A DNA stretch of 54,893 nt, counting the filler, from Malacoraja senta (taxonomy: Eukaryota): assembly GCA_038087875.1 (NCBI GenBank). It is 3 parts of 3 records of this genome, joined end to end, with 100 filler letters (N's around TTAATTAATTAA, not from the genome) between each part and the next. Parts side by side here need not be neighbours in the genome. Positions count along the whole stretch, not along the records: positions 11,381 to 43,277 come from JAXLNO010005267.1; 2 more parts are not named here. The stretch is one strand, 5' to 3'. Positions 23,818 through 33,217 of this stretch are shown one piece after another. The translations under genes were made by a program, and so were the position numbers. Every line of letters starts with the position of its first letter. Positions within the stretch are counted from its first letter, which is position 1. A model generated the notes under the pieces. It saw only the letters and a program-made list of their open reading frames with translations. It made no database searches and was not told where the DNA came from.

Positions 23818-23990
23818 ATGTGTGGCTCAGTGGTGAGCAATGTCACGTCATGAAAGCTGCTGTCTTTGGGATGAGGCTTTAAGGAGGTGCTTCTCAGGTA
23901 GATGTCAGCAATGCCACGACATGACCACGAGAGTTCTGCTCAGAGTCCTGAGCTAATATTTATCCTGAAACCAAACAGCTAAACACAGGT
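23818..23990 (+). mobile_element. Old tRNA-headed SINE with a Deu-domain-like core
   Basis: A-box tggctcagtgg, then tttgggatgagg...ctcaggtagatgt...agttct...gtcctg...aatatttatcc, resembling the Deu domain as I recall it (not database-checked). Confidence 0.45.
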
Positions 23991-24413
23991 GGGCTGTGGG
24001 AGAGCTGGGAAAGGGAGGGGAAAGAGGGAGAAAGCAAGGACTACCTGACGCAGGCGATCTGGCCAGATTTGGTTTGCCGTGTGGGAGCTTGCATCAGGTA
24101 CATTGTCACAGCTGGGCTAGGAAAGACCATTGTCCAATCAGTTCACCTTGTGTCACCCTGACGGTCGCATGGCACAGTGATAATGGAGTTAACGACCAAC
24201 GACCACAATCAATCTCTGTCTTCAACTGGTCCAGGCGTGGGTGTGAGAACACCCAATGGTGGAAGGTTTTGGACAGATTGATCCAACAACACCTATTTCT
24301 CCCAGAATGTGCTTCTCCTAGAATGTGCACACCTCACATCCCAAGCTACCCATGTACTCCCACCCAAAACACACCAGTCAAGGACACGCACACAAAACCT
24401 TTTTCACATCACA

Positions 24414-24419
24414 TTTATT
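24414..24419 (-). terminator. Polyadenylation signal AATAAA of the secretory transcript
   Basis: AATAAA lies ~290 nt downstream of the secretory-tail stop codon. Confidence 0.6.
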
Positions 24420-24711
24420 GAACTTGTATTGGTACATTGACACATACATCGATTTAATACATCGTGTGATCCCATACATGGTTGAAATCTGTTCAAGCAT
24501 GGCAGAAAAAGTTCTGTAAATGTATCCAGAAGCTCAGACATTTGTGGTGAATCATGGCTGTGGCTTAATTTGTATCTCGTGTGGAATTTTGTTTTTAATG
24601 ATTTACAAAGGTTCACATTTTGATGATGTATTAGGGAACTAACCCATCATCCTCTGGGTCAGTTAACAAATCCAGAAATGAACAAAACAAATGTTTGAGA
24701 AATGAATCATG

Positions 24712-25097
24712 TTACACACAAGATTTAAAGCTGTCAGCCAGAACAAGTGAGACATTGACCAGGGTGGGTTTGTTGTGAAATTTATTGATGCTTCTAAATA
24801 GGCTGGTTGTGATGGACCCGTGTCCCACAACACAGGAGAAGGTGGTGCCACTGTTCCACTCCTCTGGAGAAACCTTCAACTGACTGGTCATGGTGTTCCA
24901 ACCTTTCCTGGTGTCCTTGGTCACAGGCTGGTTCACGATCCCTGTCTTCAGAAGGGTGTCGTTGGCCATCCAGGCCACATAGATGTCTGCAGGAGAGAAT
25001 CTGGTGACCAGGCACGTCAAGGTGGCCGTCTTATCCATCTCCACCTCATCCAATGAAGGGGGGAGGAGGTAGACTTGAGGACGACTCTCAACTCCAT
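24712..25097 (-). CDS. IgW: IgW-like terminal CH exon (C6) with secretory tailpiece
   Basis: Acceptor tctctgttcccag|. Reads DGVESRPQVYLLPP...TATLTCLVTRFSPADIYVAWMANDTLL...EEWNSGTTFSCVVGH...INKFHNKPTLVNVSLVLADSFKSCV*. The tailpiece has an N-V-S sequon and a penultimate Cys. Confidence 0.92.
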
Positions 25098-25292
25098 CTG
25101 GGAACAGAGAGAACCTGAGTTAGACTGAATCTGTCAGTAATTCTGTACTTACCCAATACATTCCAATCTTATACTGACATGGACACCGTTTACATCCTGA
25201 GGGACCTCAGTTCACCTGAAACTAAAGGCTGTTCCTTTCTGCTCATTGTAGGGATGTGTGGAAGAGAAATCATGCCTCTGGTGCATTTCACA

Positions 25293-26044
25293 GGGTGGCA
25301 TGGTGGCGCGGCAGTAGAATTGCTGCCTCCAATGCCAGAGACATGGGTTTGATCCCAACTATGGGTGGTGTCTGTATGGAGTTTGTACGTGACCGCGTGG
25401 GTTTTCTCCGGGTGCTCAGGTTTCCTGCGACACTCCAAAAACGTACATGTTCTCTGTAAGGCGGGACTGTCATATGCTGAGAGAATGGAGCAGCTGGGCT
25501 TCTATACACTGGAATTTAAAAGGATGAGAGGGTATCTGATCGAAACATAAGATTATTAAGGGTTTGGAAACGTTAGAGGCAGGAAACATGTTCCCGATGT
25601 TCGGGGAGTCCAGAACCAGGGGCCACAGTTTAAGAATTAGGGGTAAGCCATTTTGAACAGAGATGAAACCACTTTTTCACACAGAGAGTTGTGAGTTTGT
25701 GGAATTCTCTCCCTCAGAGGGCTGCGGAGGCTGATTCTCTGGATACTTTCAAGAGAGAGCTAGATAGGGCTCTTAAAGATAGCGGAGTCAGAGGATATGG
25801 GGAGAAGGCGGGATCGGGGTACTGATTGGGGATGATCAGCCACGATCACATTGAATGGCGGTGCTGGCTCGAAGGGCCGAATGGCCTACTCTTGCACCTA
25901 TTGTCTATTGTTTGTAGGCTAATTGTTTTGGTTTAATTGTAAATTGTCCTTGGTATGTGCTGGGTAGTGTTAGTGTGTGGGGATCGCTGGTCGGCCCGGA
26001 CTTGATGGGCCGAAGGGCACTGTATCTCTAAACTAAACTGAACT
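25293..26044 (+). mobile_element. HE1/V-SINE-like tRNA-derived SINE split by a CR1 fragment
   Basis: Head gggtggcatggtggcgcggcagtagaattgctgcct, central gtgggttttctccgggtgctc, tail ctaaactaaactgaact; colinear with the intact copy at 52656-52968. Confidence 0.8.
25460..25910 (+). mobile_element. CR1 3' fragment nested in the SINE
   Basis: GLSYAERMEQLG...RMRG motif with a CTATTGT tail. Confidence 0.8.
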
Positions 26045-26186
26045 ATAGCTTCCAGTGAGTTTAAATTGGTTAGTTAATCAACAGGAACCACTGAATACTG
26101 AGACTCTACAGAAAGTGGAACTCAGTCCTTGGACCAGCCTGGTCCTGCGCTGTCTGTTCCATCTCCCCTTCTGCTTAAATGATCTG

Positions 26187-27256
26187 CAGGAGTGAACAGG
26201 TCCTTTTCAGAATGGCAGGTAGTGGCGAGTGGAGTGCCGCAAGGCTCGGTGTTGGGGCCGCAACTGTTTACATTATATGTTAATGATTTGGAAGAGGGAA
26301 TTAGGAGCAATACTAGCTAGTTTGCAGATGACACAAAGCTGGGTGGCAGTGTGAACTGTGAAGAGGATGCTAGGAGGTTGCAAGGTGTCCGGGACAGGTT
26401 GAGTGAGTGGGCAGATGCGTGGCAGATGCAGTATAATATAGATAAATGTGAGGTTATCCACTTTGGTGGCAAAAACAAGGGGGCAGATTATTATCTCAAT
26501 GGGGTTAGGTTAGGTTAGGTAAGGGGGAAGTACAGCGAGACCAGGGTGTCCTTGTACACCGGTCACTGAAAGTTAGCGTGCAGATACAGCAGGCAGTGAA
26601 GAAAGCTAATGGCCTTCATAACAAGAGGATTTCAGTATAGGAGTAGAGAGGTTCTTCTGTAGTTGTATAGGGCTCTGGTAAGACCACATCTGGAGTATTG
26701 CGTACAGTTTTGGTCTCCTAATTTGAGGAAGGACATCCTTGTCATTGAAGCAGTGCATCGTAGGTTCACGAGATTGATCCCTGGGATGGCGGGACTGTCA
26801 TATGAGGAAAGATTTAAAAGACTAGGCTTGTATTCACTGGAGTTTAGAAGGATGAAGGGCAACCTTATGGAAACATATAAAATTATAAAAGGACTGGACA
26901 AGCTAGATGCAGGAAAAATGTTCCCAATGTTGGGCGAGTCCAGAACCAGGGGGCCAGTCTTAGAATAAAGGGGAGGCCATTTAAGACTGAGGTGAGAAAA
27001 AACTTTTTCATTCAGAGAGTTGTGAACTTGTGGAATTCCCTGCCGCAGAGGGCAGTGGAGGCCAAATCACTGGATGGATTTAAGAGAGAGTTAGATGGAG
27101 CTCTAGGGGCTAGTGGAATCAAGGGATATGGGGAGAAGGCAGGCACGGATTATTGATTGGGGACGATCAGCCATGATCACAATGAATGACGGTGCGGGCT
27201 CGAAGGGCTGAATGGCCTCCTCCTGCACCTATTTTCTATGTTTCTATGTTTCTATG
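26187..27256 (+). mobile_element. CR1 LINE 3' RT fragment with (TTTCTATG)3 tail
   Basis: SGVPQGSVLGP, FADDTKL and RPHLEYCVQFWSP motifs. Confidence 0.92.
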
Positions 27257-27654
27257 AACAGGTGAGGCAGAGGAAGAATGTTTCAGATATTGGGGAATCC
27301 AGGCCAGGAGATGACAGTCTGAGGTGAAGGTGTGTAGGTGTGAGAGGGGGAGAAATGTCTTCACCCAGACAGTGGTGAACCTGGACATTCTCTGCCACAG
27401 ATAGCACTGAAGCCCAATTATTAGATATATGCAAGAATGAGTTGGATCTAGTTCTTAGGGTAAAGGGATCAAGGAATATGGCAAGAATGCAGGAAGTGAG
27501 TACTGAATATGGATGATCACCCGTGCTCATATTGAAGGTCTGTGCAGGATTGAAGGGCTGAATGGCCTGCTCCTGTAATTATTTTCTATGCTGGATGTGA
27601 TAAATCTGTCCATTTGCTCAGATCAGACTCGCACCAACCACTGTCCACACATAC

Positions 27655-27965
27655 CTGTCGGCTTCTCCAAGGATCTGCTCTCCTGTGTTGGCAAACTCTT
27701 GTCCTCCACCACAAAGGTGTACAGAGCCCCACTCTCCCACTCTGCAGCGGGGGCCGTCAGTCCACTGGTGATGGTGTCTGCACCTCCGATCCTCTCTGCA
27801 CCACGAGTTGTCACCCCGTCTTCTCTCTTCATTCCATTCACTTGCCAGGTTACCCTGAATCCCTCTAAATCACCTTACACAGAATGGTGGCTGTCTTGTT
27901 GATCCAGATCTCTTCGAAGGAAGGTTTGCTTAAAGTGACCAAAGGTCGGGTATCTGAACAGTCAT
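27655..27965 (-). pseudogene. IgW: IgW-like CH exon (C5 type), frameshifted and missing the second Cys
   Basis: Acceptor tgatttctcccag| and donor |gtatgt; 311 nt. Reads DDCSDTRPLVTLSKPSFEEIWINKTATILCKV, then shifts frame before DLEGFRVTWQVNG. YTCVVED reads YTFVVED. Confidence 0.88.
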
Positions 27966-28963
27966 CTGGGAGAAATCACAATTATTATGTCATCGTTCCC
28001 TGATGGAGCAGCTTGCCACTGAAGAATTTTGTGTTCATCTCCACCGAATGATATGCCGGTCCCATCAACATCAGGGAGATTTATCTACATTGGTGTAGGA
28101 ATGAAGCTTCCTATTGATCCCACAAGGAAACCTTGCTAAACAATGTGAATTAACAAGTTGACTTTTACATTATTTGACAGTTTTGTGATCATTGAACCTA
28201 TTACCAGCTATTTACTGAATCAAATGTATGAAATTCCCTCTGAGGAGAGGCAAATCAAGCTAAGGTTTGAGGTCAAAATGTTCAGTTCAGTTTAGTTTAT
28301 TGTCACGTGTACCGAGGTACAGTGAAAAGCTTGTGTTGCGTACTAACCAGTCAGCGGAAAGTTCTTCACTTTATATTATAAATTAGAAGCAGCGGCATTA
28401 TGTTATTTAGTCGTGAGTGGTCCGGAGTAGGATGAAGAAAGGTCTCGACCCGAAACCTCACCTCCCCATGTCCTCCAGGGATGTTGCCTGACCTGCTGAG
28501 TTACTCCAGCACTTTGTGTCCTTTCATTTAGTCACAACTGTTTAAATGCAGTTTGTATCCATGAGGTGTAACTAAACTCTCCTGCTGCTTTGTCAGAATG
28601 TGGTGTGTTGCAACCGGCCTGTCCCAGAGGCTGCTACACATTGCCCAGACTGACTGTTGCCACGCTGGGGCAGGGAGAGAGCTGCTCTGCTGGACACTCT
28701 GTCACAGCTGAGGCACCCACTCACATTAAGTACAAACGCAGAGGGAAAGACCGTTTTGAAGAAGAGTATCGTGGATCTCCACCGTGTCTGGCCTGTCGAC
28801 TGGCTTGGATTGCCCTCAAGTTACTAAAGCAATGTCAAAGATACAATTATTTCTGTGGCCAAACTCACTTACAAGCCCACAACAGGACTGCACCGTGTTA
28901 CAGTGTTGCCCATGTGTGGTACAGTTTACAATGTGGAGAATGGAGTGAATCCCAGGAGCCTAC

Positions 28964-29281
28964 CTTGGATGTTCTTCACATCCTTCGTGATGATGGTGTT
29001 GGAGGCGCGATGATACACTGTACAATTGAAGCGTGAGCCTGACTTCCAATCCTCTGTACTCGTGGTCAGGAAGTGGCTGGCACTGAAAGTGCCCCCCTGC
29101 TCCAGAGCAGTTGGTGCAGCACTGGTGTTGTTGGAGATCAGGGCACCGTCTTTACTCCAAGTGACGTTGATGAGGTCTGGGTAGAATCCAGAGACCACAC
29201 ACTCGAGGGTGACCTTGTGGCTACGCTTGGTCTCTTCGTGTGTTGGAAGCAGCAGTCTGACTTCAGGTTTTTTGGCCTCAA
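28964..29281 (-). CDS. IgW: IgW-like CH exon (C4 type, paralog a)
   Basis: Acceptor ttttcctctgttccag| and donor |gtaggc; 318 nt, open, both Cys and the Trp present. Reads VEAKKPEVRLLLP...ECVVSGFYPD...FNCTVYHRAS. Confidence 0.9.
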
Positions 29282-29319
29282 CTGGAACAGAGGAAAATAA
29301 ATGTTAAACTCTCTCATAG

Positions 29320-29770
29320 TCATAGAGTGATACAGTGTGGAAACAGGCCCTTCAGCCCAACTTGCCCACCCTGGCCAACATGTCCCAGTTACATTAGTCT
29401 CATCTGCCGTGTTTGGTCCCCATCCCTCCAAACCTGTCCCTGTCTGTTTTTTTAATGTTAGGATAGTCCCTGCCTCAACTACCTGCTCTGGCAGCTTGTT
29501 TCATACATCCTCTAACCTTTGCGTGAAAAAGCTACCCCTCAGATTCCTATTAAATCTTTCCCCCTTCACCTTAAACCTATGTCCTCTGGTACTCAATTCA
29601 CCTACTCTGGGCAAGAGACTCTGTGCATCTATCCAATCTATTTCTCTCATGATTTTATACACCTCAATAAGATATTCCCTCATCCTCCTACGCTCCAAGG
29701 AATAGAGTCCCAGCCCTCTCAACCTCTCCCTATAGCTCTCTAGCCCTGGCAACATCCTTGTAAATCCCCT
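29320..29770 (-). mobile_element. CR1 3' fragment
   Basis: YRERLRGLGLYSLERRRMRE motif. Confidence 0.8.
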
Positions 29771-29825
29771 CTGTACCCTCTCTCTCTCTCTGTCACAGCC
29801 ATTTAATCACTGATCTGTTGCCCAC

Positions 29826-29920
29826 CTATGTTATGGTTGGTCCGCGCTGACACTGTTGAGGATGATGAAGATTGTTGGGCGAAGCACACAAACTCCACCC
29901 CGCTGGTCCACTCCTCCACG
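29826..29920 (-). pseudogene. IgW: 3' remnant of an IgW C3-type exon
   Basis: Reads SVEEWTSGVEFVCFAQQSSSSSTVSARTNHNI|gtgggc and is homologous to 43378-43499. The 5' two-thirds is absent. Confidence 0.8.
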
Positions 29921-30309
29921 CTGGGTTATAAAGTGAAAGGCAGAAGAATCATTGTGAACGCCAGTGTATGGAGCAGGAGAGAGAAAGCGAGAGACAAGGA
30001 GGTAGATGGAATGAAGGAGTGTAAAGGCAGTGTGAGTGGGCTGGGTGTGGTATGTAGTATTAACACTGGTCTGTATTGTTGGCCTCTCTGTATTGTGGTT
30101 CAGTAGGGATACACTGGCACAATGTTCCAGTGAATGATGTCATTCAGTAGTTGGGTCTCTGATCTGGAGACCGTGTTCCCACCACACCACAACGGTGAGG
30201 AGTTTAAATTCGGTTCATTAAATTTGTGCAATTAAAGGCCTGTGTCTGTAGCTGTGACATTGGGAAAGATATTGTTTATGAAGGGACTGCAGATTCTGGA
30301 AAAACCGAA

Positions 30310-30750
30310 GGTAGACAAAAATGCTGGAGAAACTCATCGGGTGAGGCAGCATCTATGGAGCGAAGGAATAGGTGACCTTTTGGGTTGAGACCCTTCTTCA
30401 GACTGATGTATGGTGGGGGGGTGTGGGCGGGGCGGGAAGAAGAAGAAAGGAAGAGGAGGAGACAGTGGGCTGTGGGAGAGCTGGGAAGGGGTGGAAAGAG
30501 GGAGAAAGCAAGGAATACCTGAAATTGGAGAAATCAATGTTCATACCGCTATTTCAGGTAGTCCTTGCTTTCTCCCTCTTTCCCCTCCTCTTCCCAGCTC
30601 TCCCACAGCCCACTGTCTCCGTCTCTTCCTTTCTTCTTACCCCCACCCACACATCAGTCTGAAGAAGGGTCTCGACCCGAAACGTCACCTATTCCTTCGC
30701 TCCATAAATGCTGCCTCACCCACTGAGTTTCTCCAGCATTTTTGTCTACC
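30310..30750. mobile_element. Penelope-derived foldback: ~200-nt inverted arms around a 25-nt spacer (second copy 37538-37981)
   Basis: 30310-30525 is the reverse complement of 30551-30750. The spacer encodes the PLE endonuclease end (SGMNIDFS on the minus strand). Confidence 0.8.
30659..30686 (+). ncRNA. Minimal type I hammerhead-ribozyme-like core in a PLE terminal repeat
   Basis: CTGAAGA-A-GGGTC-TC-GACCC-GAAAC-GTC: the CUGANGA and GAAA cores, a stem II, and a GUC triplet with an ACGU palindrome. Stem I is only ~2 bp. Confidence 0.55.
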
Positions 30751-32248
30751 ATTGGTGTCTAAACCCATGACTGTAAGCTTCAGGGAAGAGCATCTGGTGA
30801 CTTTACCTGGTCTCGTTATGTGACTCCAGGCCCCCAGTCATGTAGCCGACCCTTATCAGCTCTGAAATGGCCCAGGGAAACATCCAGTTCAAAGGCGGTT
30901 GTGGACAGGAAACAAATGTTAGTTCACTTCACTTGCACCTCCTCCAACCTCATCAACCTCAAGGTGTGGACTCTTACACATCTGCGAGACCAAACGTAGA
31001 CTGGGCGATAGTTTCGCTGAAAACCTTCGCTCAGTCTGCCTGGACCAACCAGAACTCCCGGTTGCCAAACACTTTAATTCCCCGCCCCATTCCCACATTG
31101 ACCTTTCTGTCCTGGTCCTCCTCCACTGTCAGAGTGAGATGAAACACAAATTGGAGGAACAGCGTCTCATATTTCACTTGGACAGCTTACAACCCAGCAG
31201 TATGAATATTGATTTCATGAATTGTTTCCATGTACCAGCTACACTAGTCCCACCTGCCTGTGTTTGGCCCACATCCTTCCAACCATGTACTATCAATGTA
31301 CCTGTCCAACTGTTTCTTAAATATTGGGATAGTCCCAGCCACAACTACCTCCTCCCGCAGCTCATTCCATACACACACCACCCTCTGTGTGGAAAGGTTA
31401 CCCCTCAGATTCCAATTCAATCTTTTCCCCTTCACCTTGAACCTATGTCCTCTGGTCCTCGATTCCCCTACTCTGGGCAAAGGACTTTGTGCATCTACCC
31501 GATCTATTCCTCTCATGATTTTGTACACCTCTATAAGGTCACCGAGGTGCAGGAGTAGGCCATTCGGCCCTTCGAGTCAGCACCTCCATTCAATGTGATC
31601 ATGGCTGATCATCCACAATCAGGAGCCCGTTCCAGCCTCCTCCCCATATCCCCTGACTCCGCTATCTTTAAGAGCCCTATCTAGCTCTCTCTTGAAAGTA
31701 TCCAGAGAACCTGACTCCACCGCCCTCTGAGGCAGTGAATTCGCACAAGACCTCTCAACTTCTATACTCAATACTCAGACTGATAAAACCCAATGTGTCA
31801 AAAGTCTTTTTGACCACCCTATCTACCTGCGACTCCACCTTCAAGGAACTATGCACCTGTACTCCTAGATCCCTCTGCTCTACAACACTCCCCGGAGGCC
31901 TACCATTGTCTGGTCATGTCCCCAATGTCTTTTCCCCGAGGTGTGTTCCTCCAATACCCGGCCCCGTGGGATTTCCTGCAATGTCTGGCCCTCGGACTTA
32001 CGCCTTTTGGATCAGGTGCTGGTGTTGACTCTTCAGTATCTGTTGTATCCTATTTTTAACCTGTCCATGTACTCCTCTCCTGATGCGTTTTAGCCCAGTA
32101 TCTGGTGTATTTGGTGCACTCATAGAGTCATAGATTAATACAGTGTGGAAACAGGCCCTTCGGCCCAACACGCCCACACCGGCCATCAATGTCCCAGCTA
32201 CCCTAGTCCCACTTGCCTGCACTTGGTCCATATCCCTCCAAACCTGTC

Positions 32249-33217
32249 ATCTTGGGGAATGGCTGCTAAGCAGCAGCCATCCGTTAATTTCACTTTTTGC
32301 TTTAGTTTTTAGTGAACTATGTCTGTCTTTCCTGGGGAATTTGACTTTTCTTGTGGGGGGGCAATGGGGAAAACTATTTTTAGGTCCCTACCTGGTCGGT
32401 GAGGCGGCTTTTTCTCCGGGCTGCCCCGTCGACCCGTCCTTGCGGCCTACCAGCGATCCTGGAGCGGCGTTTCCTGGCGGGGACCGCCTCGCACCTTCAG
32501 CTTTGGTGGCGGCACAGCGCTGGAGCGCTATCGCGGAGCGGAGCGGGCGATGCCTTGCCTGGGTCGCCGCGCTGGATCGACGCGCTGGAGCTCCGGTGAG
32601 CTGTGACCGCCGAGCTCAACACCTTCGGGCTGCGGGACTTGCGGAGCGACCGGCCGTGGGCGGCGGCGCCGACTCCAACATCGGGAGCCTCTGAGCTCCA
32701 AATCGGCGCGGCCTTGTTGGCTTCAGGTGCCACGGACTCCAATAGGAGATTAGCTGTTCCAGCCGCTGCAAGGACTCTCCCGACACCAGGGCAACTGCAC
32801 CCGGCGAGAACGGCCAGGAACATCGGGCCTCCGTAGAGGCAACTGTGGAGGCCTCAATATGCCGTCTTTGGGAGAACTGGGTTTGGGGACTGGACATTGT
32901 GCCTTCCCCCACAGTGGTAATCATTGTGGGGGATGATTTTTGTGTGTGTGTAAATGTTAATTGATTGTTTTACTTTATGTCCAAGATGGCTGCCGGAAGG
33001 GGGTGTGGACGCTGGCGCGTATTAGCAACCGCTGCTCTCTCTTCCATACTGTGTTTTTGATTTTTGTGTTCGGATTGAATTCTGTTTTTATTTATGTACT
33101 TGTGATGTCTTTACTATTTATTTTTTTCTGCTTACATGTTTCTACTGTAAAATCTGTAAGGTGTCGTTGAGATTTGAAAGGCGCCCATAAATAAAATGTA
33201 TTATTATTATTATTATT
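32249..33217 (+). mobile_element. Unclassified CpG-rich ~970-bp retroposed element with an L2-like 3' tail (second copy 39687-40660)
   Basis: Inserted in a CR1 3' end whose empty site is visible near 54295-54320. Ends gaaaggcgcccataaataaaatgta(TTA)n. Confidence 0.7.

Noticed and set aside
24712-29920. Calling the CH exons IgM or IgNAR
   Set aside because: The domain series matches the IgNAR C2-C5/IgW C3-C6 homology group, not IgM. The tail HNKPTLVNVSLVL lacks the GKP cryptic donor of IgNAR and IgM, so IgW is preferred. A phylogeny would be needed for certainty.
32143-32924. Long overlapping ORFs in the GC-rich element as proteins
   Set aside because: They are open on several frames because of high GC, differ between U1 and U2, and have no recognisable domain.
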